A stretch of 64,000 nt of DNA from a virus (lineage: Duplodnaviria; Heunggongvirae; Uroviricota; Caudoviricetes). The DNA lies in the IMG/VR virus record IMGVR_UViG_3300042946_001496; one strand, given 5' to 3'. Every line of letters starts with the position of its first letter. The first letter of the stretch is position 1. Positions 56,729 to 64,000 of this stretch are shown piece after piece. The position numbers and the translations under genes were made by a program. The notes below the pieces were generated by a model. That model saw only the letters and a list, made by a program, of their open reading frames with translations. It did not search any database and was not told the origin of the DNA.

Positions 56729-56956
56729 TTGACTAACATTAATTCTAAACTTAAAATGAATGAAACTAAAAAAGATCTACTTGACAAATTCGTTTCTTAC
56801 AATTGCCCATATTGTAAGAACATTTTAATCAAAGAGTCTAAAGAAAATTGGCGTACGTTTGATATTGAATCAGGTGAAGAAACTTTTTTTGGAGTTTATG
56901 GTTGCAAAAAGTGTGGATCTTACTTTAGTGGAAAAGTGTTATATGAATGCAAATAA
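56729..56956 (+). CDS. Zn-ribbon LLDSF-family small protein (array 2)
   Basis: KKDLLDKFVSYNCPYCKN...CKKCG; the start may be the internal Met at 56756. Confidence 0.5.
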   Translation: MTNINSKLKMNETKKDLLDKFVSYNCPYCKNILIKESKENWRTFDIESGEETFFGVYGCKKCGSYFSGKVLYECK

Positions 56957-57185
56957 AAAAAAATTGCTTGAAAGCTTTTTGGACCATAAATGTCCTTGGC
57001 ATAACAAAGAATTAGATGATAATAGTAAAATTTTATTTTGTAACGTTGTCGTAACAACTGGACAGTATTGTTGTGGAATTTGGGATAATCACAGAGTAAA
57101 CACTATTCTTGGCAGAATAAAGATTCAAGGATCTGCTTACAAAAGACTTTTAAAAATAAAAGAATACTATGAAAAACTCGCTTGA
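56943..57185 (+). CDS. Zn-ribbon LLDSF-family small protein
   Basis: MNANKKKLLESFLDHKCPWHN..; ends KEYYEKLA. Confidence 0.55.
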   Translation: MNANKKKLLESFLDHKCPWHNKELDDNSKILFCNVVVTTGQYCCGIWDNHRVNTILGRIKIQGSAYKRLLKIKEYYEKLA

Positions 57186-57402
57186 TAGTTTCACAAAACA
57201 TTTTTGCCCTAAATGTTATGAAGAAACTTATGCTCAGCTAAATCCTTCTAACGGAAATAAAATAAGGATTTGTTTGAATAATAATTGTGAAGATCTAGCC
57301 AGAGTTTACACAAAAAATTCAAACTCTCAAGTTTATGTTCACACTCATTCTGTCCCGCCCCATATTGTGCCAGAGCTAAAAAGATTGAAAGATGAACAAT
57401 AA
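57169..57402 (+). CDS. Zn-ribbon LLDSF-family small protein
   Basis: MKNSLDSFTKHFCPKCYE...CLNNNC. Confidence 0.55.
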   Translation: MKNSLDSFTKHFCPKCYEETYAQLNPSNGNKIRICLNNNCEDLARVYTKNSNSQVYVHTHSVPPHIVPELKRLKDEQ

Positions 57403-57712
57403 AAAATTGCTTGAGACTTTTGAAACAGTTTACTACTGTGGATTTTGTTCTGCGTCAATATTCCCGACAAAAACTATAGCAACATTAATTACTGATAAAG
57501 ATTTAATAAAAAAGTGTGACAAATACTGTGTTCCTTCATCAAAAGATTTAGAAAAGCTTCAAGAATCTTTTGATATTACTGAACAGCATGAAAGATTTTA
57601 TTGTAGTTTTTGTGGTAGTTATTCTGCGGTTAACTTGGAATCAAAAAGTATTCACTATATTACAAAGTCTTACAGTTTGTGGCGGTCGCTAAACGAAGGC
57701 TATGAAACATAA
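57392..57712 (+). CDS. Zn-ribbon LLDSF-family small protein
   Basis: MNNKKLLETFETVYYCGFCS...CSFCG. Confidence 0.55.
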   Translation: MNNKKLLETFETVYYCGFCSASIFPTKTIATLITDKDLIKKCDKYCVPSSKDLEKLQESFDITEQHERFYCSFCGSYSAVNLESKSIHYITKSYSLWRSLNEGYET

Positions 57713-57748
57713 ATTGCTTGAAAACTTTGTTAGTTGTTATTTATAAAA

Positions 57749-57850
57749 ATGAAGAAAAAATTACTTTCTAGTTTTTTAGAATACGAATGTCCTTGGCGTG
57801 ATGAGCCTGATAGAAAATGTACTAAAAAATTAAACATAATAAAGTCATGA
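57749..57850 (+). pseudogene. truncated Zn-ribbon LLDSF-family remnant (33 aa)
   Basis: MKKKLLSSFLEYECPWRDEPDRKC.. then a stop; an even shorter remnant MKHKLLENF lies at 57709. Confidence 0.3.
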
Positions 57851-57979
57851 ATTATATTAAAACTATAGGTGAAGAAAAGTTAGAAGAAATATTAGGCATG
57901 GATCGATCGTGGGATACACGCCCTGAATTTGAAAATTATAGTTTAGTTGATGATATTATCAAAAATTATATTGCGTAAT

Positions 57980-58210
57980 ATGAACAGAAAAAAACTGCTA
58001 AGTAGTTTTATTGAATACTGCTGTCCTTTTTCACACTGTGGTGAAAAACTAACCTTTTCAAAAGATATTTTTTATTGTAAAAAACATAAATCATGGGATC
58101 TTGATAATACTGTCTTTTTTTTACACCTTCATCCTAACCCCTCTTACTTAAATAGAGAAAGATTAATTAAACTAAAAGAATACTATGAGTCAGAAATTAG
58201 CTCGCCGTGA
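57980..58210 (+). CDS. Zn-ribbon LLDSF-family small protein
   Basis: MNRKKLLSSFIEYCCPFSHCGEK..; ends LKEYYESE. Confidence 0.5.
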   Translation: MNRKKLLSSFIEYCCPFSHCGEKLTFSKDIFYCKKHKSWDLDNTVFFLHLHPNPSYLNRERLIKLKEYYESEISSP

Positions 58211-58283
58211 GCGAGTAATAAGTAGGTCTAAATCTTATTGAAGAGCTTTTTTAAATTACTTATTTTCATTCATATATAAAAAC

Positions 58284-58928
58284 ATGGAATTCAAAAATTG
58301 GCTTATAGAACATGATTATTTAAAAGACCTTGATCCACTCTCACATGAAAAAGAAAACGATAGAGCAAACGCATTAAATAAATTTTTTCCTGACGGCGAT
58401 ACATATCCGCAAATTAATCTTGAAAACAAAAGAATTGTAATGAGTAAGTACAGGCAGCCGCCAATTGTTATACCATACAAAGGCACGCGGAGCGATAAAC
58501 CAAAAGGTGGATTGTGGTATGGAGAAGGCAATGAGTGGATTAGCTTTATACAATATAATATCCCAAATCTTATTGCCATGTTTGTTCATGAAATTTTTAT
58601 AAATCCATCAAGAATGTGTATAATTCATGATGAAAAAACATTAGAAGATTTTACTTGGAAATATCGTCTAGATGCCGAATCTGAAGTAATTGATTGGGAT
58701 AAAGTTGCTAGCGAATTTGATGGAATAGAGTGTTTTGGCAATGGATTCGATAAAGAAAATTGGCAATATAGTTGGGATGTTCCAAGCGGTTGTATTTGGA
58801 ACAACACAGCATTAAAAGATTCTAAATTGTTATCTGTCTACGATGTGCATAACAAAAAATTCAGAAAAGCAAACGAATTAGGCGTGTATGCAGGAAACGC
58901 AAGTAAAATAAAAAATCCAATTAGATAA
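58284..58928 (+). CDS. hypothetical protein with MEFKNWL leader
   Basis: ORF; interrupts the Zn-ribbon array. Confidence 0.5.
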   Translation: MEFKNWLIEHDYLKDLDPLSHEKENDRANALNKFFPDGDTYPQINLENKRIVMSKYRQPPIVIPYKGTRSDKPKGGLWYGEGNEWISFIQYNIPNLIAMFVHEIFINPSRMCIIHDEKTLEDFTWKYRLDAESEVIDWDKVASEFDGIECFGNGFDKENWQYSWDVPSGCIWNNTALKDSKLLSVYDVHNKKFRKANELGVYAGNASKIKNPIR

Positions 58929-58955
58929 AAGTAAGTATGAGCGATCGAAATCTAA

Positions 58956-59201
58956 ATGATAAAAAAATTATTAGACACTTTTGTTGAAGAAAAGATTTTT
59001 TGTCCATCTAGATGTTATACTTGGGCAGAAACTCGTGATCACACTGGTCATTATCCGACAAAAGACATTTTTTTAAAAAAGATTACCTATATTGATGGTG
59101 TAATAATTTACAAGTGTCCAGGATGTGGTGGTAAATATTCTAAAGAGTTTCTTATTGCTTATGAAATTCATCATGACATAAAGCTTTTTTTGAAACCTTA
59201 A
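58956..59201 (+). CDS. Zn-ribbon LLDSF-family small protein
   Basis: MIKKLLDTFVEEKIFCPSRC...CPGCGG. Confidence 0.55.
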   Translation: MIKKLLDTFVEEKIFCPSRCYTWAETRDHTGHYPTKDIFLKKITYIDGVIIYKCPGCGGKYSKEFLIAYEIHHDIKLFLKP

Positions 59202-59202
59202 A

Positions 59203-59538
59203 ATGAACAAACTGCTTGATAGATTTTTAGGCTTAAAGTGTCCTACCTGTGGCAAGTCTCTAGAACTAAAAACTAAAAAAGAAATTTTACTTTTTACTGC
59301 ACTGTCACCGCCCGTTTACTCTTATCTTGAAAAATTAAACTTAGAAGATAAAGTGCCTGTTTGTTTAGATCACAAAAATAAGAGCGGAAAAGAAATTGGT
59401 ATGTGGGTTTGGACACCATTTTCTACATATGCTATTGAAAAAATGCATAAACAATGTCCATCTGGTTGGGTGCTTCATCCTAACGGAATTGAACCTTTAA
59501 ACAAACTAAAAGAATACTTCAATGAACAAACTGCTTGA
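59203..59538 (+). CDS. Zn-ribbon LLDSF-family small protein
   Basis: MNKLLDRFLGLKCPTCGKS...; ends LKEYFNEQTA. Confidence 0.55.
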   Translation: MNKLLDRFLGLKCPTCGKSLELKTKKEILLFTALSPPVYSYLEKLNLEDKVPVCLDHKNKSGKEIGMWVWTPFSTYAIEKMHKQCPSGWVLHPNGIEPLNKLKEYFNEQTA

Positions 59539-59641
59539 TAGATTTTTAGATTTAAAGTGTCCTACCTGTGGCAAGTCTCTAGAACTAAAAACTAAAAAAG
59601 AAATTTTACTTTTTTTGTTCCACCTAATATTACCGGGTCGC
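59522..59641 (+). pseudogene. truncated duplicate of the 59203 gene (first about 100 nt nearly identical), reading into inserted DNA
   Basis: MNKLLDRFLDLKCPTCGKSLELKTKKEILLF then unrelated sequence and a stop. Confidence 0.45.
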
Positions 59642-59708
59642 TAAGATGGCTAACAGAAAGCTAATTTTATGGATTACTATTCATATTGAAAAGAAGTGAA
59701 GATAACAA

Positions 59709-59933
59709 ATGATTCAAGTTTATTGTGACAATCCATTAAATGCCTCATTAGAATTTGTGAAGGGGCTGCCTTCTATGAGATCGTGCCGTCTTTGGTCACG
59801 GCGGGAGTATCCAGTCGTATCTGTTAAAGTGTTTATTTCCAACAATTTTAATTTCGTCAACAAAAAAGAAGCTCAGCTACATGAAGTGTCCGATGTTGTA
59901 ATTCAGTTCAATTTGATAGAGACCTGTCATTAA
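59709..59933 (+). CDS. hypothetical protein inside the inserted segment
   Basis: ORF; GC-richer DNA. Confidence 0.3.
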   Translation: MIQVYCDNPLNASLEFVKGLPSMRSCRLWSRREYPVVSVKVFISNNFNFVNKKEAQLHEVSDVVIQFNLIETCH

Positions 59934-59980
59934 CTTGATGTGCCCGAATTTTTTGCTATACTTAGATAAGGAGAAAAATA

Positions 59981-60268
59981 ATGACCACTAAACAAAGAAT
60001 TCAAAATATCAAAAGAGAAATTGAATGGTATGGTGTTCGTAAAACTATTGCTGAGGCTATGGTTGAATGTGGCAAATTAGGATTTGAATTTTCTGGTCAT
60101 GGAGCAGGGTTTGGTGGTGAAGACTTTAATTTAGTAGATAATAAAAAAAACCTTTACATAAATTTTTGTGACAAGGGTAGAAGTTGCGAAGTTATGATAT
60201 GCGAAAATGAAATCGCCGTATTTATAGGAACGATTGGAAAGGCAATGAAGTTTCTACATAATTCATAA
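59981..60268 (+). CDS. hypothetical protein inside the inserted segment
   Basis: AAGGAG RBS; MTTKQRIQNIKREIEWYG.. Confidence 0.4.
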   Translation: MTTKQRIQNIKREIEWYGVRKTIAEAMVECGKLGFEFSGHGAGFGGEDFNLVDNKKNLYINFCDKGRSCEVMICENEIAVFIGTIGKAMKFLHNS

Positions 60269-60394
60269 TATCCATCGCCAAATAAAATTAAGAATGGTAC
60301 AAATGCCAGACAAAAAGCATACTATTGTAACGGCTATTAAAAAGCATCCAGAAATAACAAATTGTGATTGAATTTGGGTTCTTCTTTTATATTC

Positions 60395-60477
60395 TCTATA
60401 CGCTAAATAAGACCCGATTTCTACCTTAAAAAACTATCTGAACTAAAAGAATACTTCAATGAACAAACTGCTTGATA
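60395..60477 (+). pseudogene. C-terminal remnant of a Zn-ribbon LLDSF-family gene (...DFYLKKLSELKEYFNEQTA-stop)
   Basis: Matches the C-terminus of the 60736 and 59203 paralogs; no upstream body. Confidence 0.4.
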
Positions 60478-60698
60478 GTTTCTTAGATTTAAAGTGTCCT
60501 TGGCATGACACAAAAATAAGCATACAAAATGAAACTTTATTTTGTATGAAATGTGATGCGGAAACCCTCTCTGGAAATTGGAATATTAATAGAATTAATA
60601 CTCTTTTAGCCGCCACCGAATCTGTTTGGAGAAATAGAATTGAACGTTTAAAAAAACTAAAAGAATACTATAAAAAACAAGAACAAACTACTTTATAG
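60459..60698 (+). CDS. Zn-ribbon LLDSF-family small protein
   Basis: MNKLLDSFLDLKCPWHDTKIS..CMKCD; ends LKEYYKKQEQTTL. Confidence 0.55.
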   Translation: MNKLLDSFLDLKCPWHDTKISIQNETLFCMKCDAETLSGNWNINRINTLLAATESVWRNRIERLKKLKEYYKKQEQTTL

Positions 60699-60699
60699 T

Positions 60700-60927
60700 T
60701 TTTTAGATTTAAAGTGTCCTATTCATGGTTGTAAATTGAAACCGTTAGAAGGAAGTTTATTTTGTCCAACTGAAATAATACTAAAGCTCCATCCAGACGA
60801 AATTTTTTGTGGAAATTGGAATCTTGAAAGAATTGAAAACGTTTTGAGCCTCAACGGATCATATATATCCGATTTCTACCTTAAAAAACTAAATGAACTA
60901 AAAGAATACTTTAATGAACAGAAATAA
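60700..60927 (+). CDS. Zn-ribbon LLDSF-family paralog lacking an ATG (junction ATG mutated to AAG); TTG-initiated or pseudogene
   Basis: ..KLLYSFLDLKCPIHGCKLKPLEGSLFCP..; ends LKEYFNEQK. Confidence 0.35.
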   Translation, partial: FLDLKCPIHGCKLKPLEGSLFCPTEIILKLHPDEIFCGNWNLERIENVLSLNGSYISDFYLKKLNELKEYFNEQK

Positions 60928-60999
60928 ACTATTTGATAGTTTTGTTGAACGAAAACGTTTTGTTGTAGGATATGATCAAAATGGAAATTTAATTTTTAA

Positions 61000-61212
61000 A
61001 TGAAAAAATCTAACAAAGAACTGCTAGACAGCTTTAAAGTTTATTATTGTCCTAATTCTGGAAGATCCTACCCAGTAAACAACCACCCTAAAACAAAATT
61101 AATTAAAACCTTGTTTCAAAATAAATTTAATTATACTTGGTACGAAGGTTACGAGTGTCCAATTTGTCTTTGGCACTGGCTGGAGCATGAATTAAATGAA
61201 CAAACTAAGTAG
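61000..61212 (+). CDS. Zn-ribbon LLDSF-family small protein
   Basis: MKKSNKELLDSFKVYYCPNSG...CPICLWHW; preceded by a 29-aa remnant (60914-61003). Confidence 0.55.
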   Translation: MKKSNKELLDSFKVYYCPNSGRSYPVNNHPKTKLIKTLFQNKFNYTWYEGYECPICLWHWLEHELNEQTK

Positions 61213-61423
61213 TTTTATAGAAAAAAAATGTCCTTGGCACAATCTTCAATTAACAGGACCAGACTTAAGTTGTGAAAAGTGTGGATTCTGGACGAATGAA
61301 AGAGTCAATAGTTTATCCACCTGGCAAAACTATTTTTTATTTATTAAAAGTGCTATGCGCAATGTTGAAGACGGAAGTGAACTACGATTGCAATTACTTA
61401 AAGAATATTATGATGAACAATAA
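61196..61423 (+). CDS. Zn-ribbon LLDSF-family small protein
   Basis: MNKLSSFIEKKCPWHNLQ..CEKCG; ends LKEYYDEQ. Confidence 0.55.
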   Translation: MNKLSSFIEKKCPWHNLQLTGPDLSCEKCGFWTNERVNSLSTWQNYFLFIKSAMRNVEDGSELRLQLLKEYYDEQ

Positions 61424-61565
61424 AAACCAAAAACTGCTTGATTCTTTCGCCAAACCAGTGTGCAAATACTGTAATAAGGAATTGAATATTTACAAAGTCA
61501 TAATGCGTGGTATTTGTTTTAACGAAAAATGTAGCCATAGATTTAAACCTGTAAATATATCATAA
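61410..61565 (+). CDS. Zn-ribbon LLDSF-family small protein
   Basis: MMNNKNQKLLDSFAKPVCKYCNKE...NEKCSHRFK. Confidence 0.5.
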   Translation: MMNNKNQKLLDSFAKPVCKYCNKELNIYKVIMRGICFNEKCSHRFKPVNIS

Positions 61566-61622
61566 AAACTATATTCGAGAAATACGCACTAATTGTCACC
61601 GTTGGTATGGTGTCATGCAATC

Positions 61623-61856
61623 ATGAATCATTCTAACAAAAACTTATTAGATAGCTTCTCTTGGACCATTAACAATGGACAGCCTACAGATTATAAATAT
61701 ATTGAAGCCATGTCTCGCCAAGGACGTTGCTATTGCTGTGCCGTTACTCACCCCCGTCTTCTTGTGATTTTAGATAGAGATGACGATATAATTAAATACA
61801 GAGAAATTAGTATGAGAGATTATCTTAAATACCCTTTGCCCCAGCATGTAAAATGA
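61623..61856 (+). CDS. Zn-ribbon LLDSF-family small protein
   Basis: MNHSNKNLLDSFSWTINNGQ...CYCC. Confidence 0.5.
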   Translation: MNHSNKNLLDSFSWTINNGQPTDYKYIEAMSRQGRCYCCAVTHPRLLVILDRDDDIIKYREISMRDYLKYPLPQHVK

Positions 61857-62026
61857 ACGAATCTAACAAAAAACTCTTAGACAGCTTTGAAATTCCTGAA
61901 TGCTGCAGATGTGGCAGCACTTTGGTTAACCGTGTATCTACCAAGAATTTACAGCGAATTTACTATTGTCAGCCTTGCTCGTGTTACACTGTATATCCTG
62001 AAAACGAAACAAAACAAGCTTCTTAA
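61853..62026 (+). CDS. Zn-ribbon LLDSF-family small protein
   Basis: MNESNKKLLDSFEIPECCRCGS...CQPCSC; 57 aa. Confidence 0.5.
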   Translation: MNESNKKLLDSFEIPECCRCGSTLVNRVSTKNLQRIYYCQPCSCYTVYPENETKQAS

Positions 62027-62058
62027 TTAGATTTGAAAAATGAAATTATTATCAACAA

Positions 62059-62077
62059 TTTGGTGATACGCTAGGGT
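62059..62077 (+). promoter_or_regulatory. conserved GGTGATACGCTAGGGT promoter-like motif immediately abutting the start codon
   Basis: The motif's 3' half is replaced by the ATG; this would give a leaderless or very short-leader transcript. Confidence 0.4.
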
Positions 62078-62290
62078 ATGATGAACAAAAACACTAAAAA
62101 ACTACTTGACTCTTTCACTAAACCAATTTGCAAAAATTGTAATGAAGAATTAGAATTATTTGCCTTTTCTTTATCAGATGATTCAAAACCAATTAAAATC
62201 ATTGATGCCGCTGGTAATTTCGGAGGACGGTGTATTAACGAAAAATGTAGCCATAGATTTAAAACCGTTAGGATAGATAATTATCAGTGA
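62078..62290 (+). CDS. Zn-ribbon LLDSF-family small protein
   Basis: MMNKNTKKLLDSFTKPICKNCNEE...INEKCSHRFK; close paralog of the 61410 gene. Confidence 0.55.
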   Translation: MMNKNTKKLLDSFTKPICKNCNEELELFAFSLSDDSKPIKIIDAAGNFGGRCINEKCSHRFKTVRIDNYQ

Positions 62291-62347
62291 TGCTTTTTAC
62301 CTAAAAACTAAAAAACAAGTTGGCATCGAAGGGATGTAAAGATAATC

Positions 62348-64000
62348 ATGAATTTCTACAAACTAGACTTTTTATTAGAAGGATTGGCAGAAGATTTCAT
62401 AGTCAAAAATCCAGATTTAAAGGTCGCCTATGACAAAGGTATTAAAAACATAGGACTATTGACATGGTTAAATAGTGTTAAAAATCAAGAGCCAATAGAA
62501 GATATAATTCCTGTTATACTAAGTTTTAATAACAACAAACAAAGATTAAAAGAAAAAGATATTAATGCTTATAAAACGGCAGCAAATTTAAGACAAACTT
62601 TAGAAAATCTAGGTAGATCAAAAACTAAACAAGATAAAATATTAAAAAGTGAAGAAACTACTAAAATAGGTGAATTTGGAGACTGGCTTGTTGTTATGCC
62701 TCATACTAGAGAAAGTAGTTGTTTATGGGGAAAAGGAACAAGCTGGTGTACTGCTGCAACAGCATCAGGAAACTTATTTTTAAGTTATACAGGAAAAAAA
62801 CAAAGAAAGATTTTTTTATATTATTTAATTAAAAAAGGAGCAGATTCTGTAAAAGATCCTGATTCAAAGATAAGCATAGGGATCAAGAATAAAGTCATGA
62901 TAATGGATGGTATGGATGGAGGATTAACAGTTAACGCTGCAAATATTGGAATGAATGAGGAAAAACTAAAATCGGTATTAGGTTCAAATTATGATCAAAT
63001 AATCAATGCTATAAAACAGCATAATAATACTATAGAAAAACATCCTGCTCTAGATCAGATAGAAAAAATAGCAAGCAGCAAAAACCCAGAAGACTTAGAA
63101 AATTTTATTAGAGGTATGAGTGAATATGAAGCAATCGATTTTATAGAAAATTTAATGGACCACAATCTTTCACCAGAATTGTTTTTATATGTAATAAAAA
63201 GAAAAAGTGTTGGGGACAGAAGATTTAGTGGAATAAACAAAGAAGATATTGCAATTTTACTTAAAAATGAAAACTTACTGCTTTCTATACTAGAGAAAAA
63301 CTTATCTGATGATGACGTTTATGCTATTTTAGATAGTTTATATTCTAATTCTGGACTCGGATTTTCCCGTGCTCTTGTTGATCCGGAAAATATAATCTTG
63401 AATGTAGCAAAACATAAAAAAGAACTAACTCCTAGAAATGTTTACGACATATTATATTATGCTAATATTACAAACAATTCTCATAGTTTATACTTGGATT
63501 TGATCAAGATTTTAGGAAAAGAAAACTTAATCAAATTAAGAGATTATCCTGATGAAAAATTTGTTTTGATGGACATAGTTTATACTCTACTTTTAGTAGC
63601 TCCTAACAAAAAAGAAACGGCAGATATTTTAGGTAAAAAAAATATTAACAAACTAAGTTCTGATCGTGTTCTTGATCTGTTGCACTACGACTCAGATAAA
63701 AATACAATGGCAGAAATTCTTGGACAAGAAAACATAAACAAACTGAGTGATGGTGAAATTAGAAGATTTAAGAATTATAAAGATAAAGATGAAATTATAA
63801 ACATAATCATAGATTATAAAAAAGAGCTAACTTCAGACAATATTCTTTGGCTTTTACAAAATTCTTCTGACAAAGAAAATTTAGCAAGAAAAATAAAAAA
63901 AGATATTGACAAACTGAGTGGGTATGAAATTTTCATTTCAATTATGAGTACAAATAACCATAATGAAATGGTAAATCTTTTAGGAAAAGAAAACTTTGAA
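62348..64000 (+). CDS. large PcfJ-like domain protein with MNFYKL leader and C-terminal repeats (3' end beyond the window)
   Basis: ESSCLWGKGTSWCTAA...IFLYYLIKKG core; repeated ILGKENI.KLS modules; no stop before the window end. Confidence 0.55.
   Translation, partial: MNFYKLDFLLEGLAEDFIVKNPDLKVAYDKGIKNIGLLTWLNSVKNQEPIEDIIPVILSFNNNKQRLKEKDINAYKTAANLRQTLENLGRSKTKQDKILKSEETTKIGEFGDWLVVMPHTRESSCLWGKGTSWCTAATASGNLFLSYTGKKQRKIFLYYLIKKGADSVKDPDSKISIGIKNKVMIMDGMDGGLTVNAANIGMNEEKLKSVLGSNYDQIINAIKQHNNTIEKHPALDQIEKIASSKNPEDLENFIRGMSEYEAIDFIENLMDHNLSPELFLYVIKRKSVGDRRFSGINKEDIAILLKNENLLLSILEKNLSDDDVYAILDSLYSNSGLGFSRALVDPENIILNVAKHKKELTPRNVYDILYYANITNNSHSLYLDLIKILGKENLIKLRDYPDEKFVLMDIVYTLLLVAPNKKETADILGKKNINKLSSDRVLDLLHYDSDKNTMAEILGQENINKLSDGEIRRFKNYKDKDEIINIIIDYKKELTSDNILWLLQNSSDKENLARKIKKDIDKLSGYEIFISIMSTNNHNEMVNLLGKENFE

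Noticed and set aside
1-64000. Eukaryotic giant-virus (NCLDV) origin, given the AT-richness, tiny intergenic regions and a single-strand gene bias
   Set aside because: Canonical Shine-Dalgarno sites (AGGAG, GGAGG) 6-9 nt before the starts, pervasive ATGA translational coupling, and rho-independent terminators all indicate a bacterial virus or bacterial context.
1-64000. Alternative genetic code (stop-codon reassignment)
   Set aside because: ORFs tile the sequence well with the standard code. All three stops terminate genes at expected positions next to starts with RBSs.

Overview
This is an AT-rich (roughly 30% GC), gene-dense window that is almost entirely plus-strand coding. Most genes have Shine-Dalgarno sites and overlapping ATGA stop/start junctions. 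The content fits an accessory (non-structural) region of a large bacteriophage or prophage: SSB, a GroES-like co-chaperonin, a UvdE UV-damage endonuclease, an AAA+ ATPase, a calcineurin-type phosphoesterase, a 2H phosphoesterase, a P-loop kinase, a tRNA interrupted by a group I intron, and very many small ORFan genes. No virion structural genes were recognised.

The most striking structures are:
- Two tandem arrays (1-3566 and about 52145-62290), together holding more than 30 copies of an 55-110 aa zinc-ribbon protein family with an N-terminal K(K)LLDSF motif. Copies abut through a nucleotide-conserved overlapping stop/start junction, and there are truncated remnants and one inserted cassette.
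- A conserved roughly 25-nt GC-rich motif, tctGGTGGTACGCTGGGagGGTGTCg, occurring 13 times. Each copy lies 1-90 nt upstream of a GC-richer small gene, and most of those genes are followed by a strong intrinsic terminator, giving promoter-gene-terminator cassettes.
- Five of those cassettes encode a paralogous family of sigma-region-4-like HTH proteins.
- At least 10 otherwise unrelated large proteins share an MNFKxWL / MNFYKL N-terminal leader, and five of them carry a PcfJ-like core domain.
- A Hint-domain protein with PPTPTATI tandem repeats.
- A short LLDSF / LLDTF / LLETF peptide motif that recurs in many unrelated proteins.

All calls are from reading the sequence; no database searches were run.
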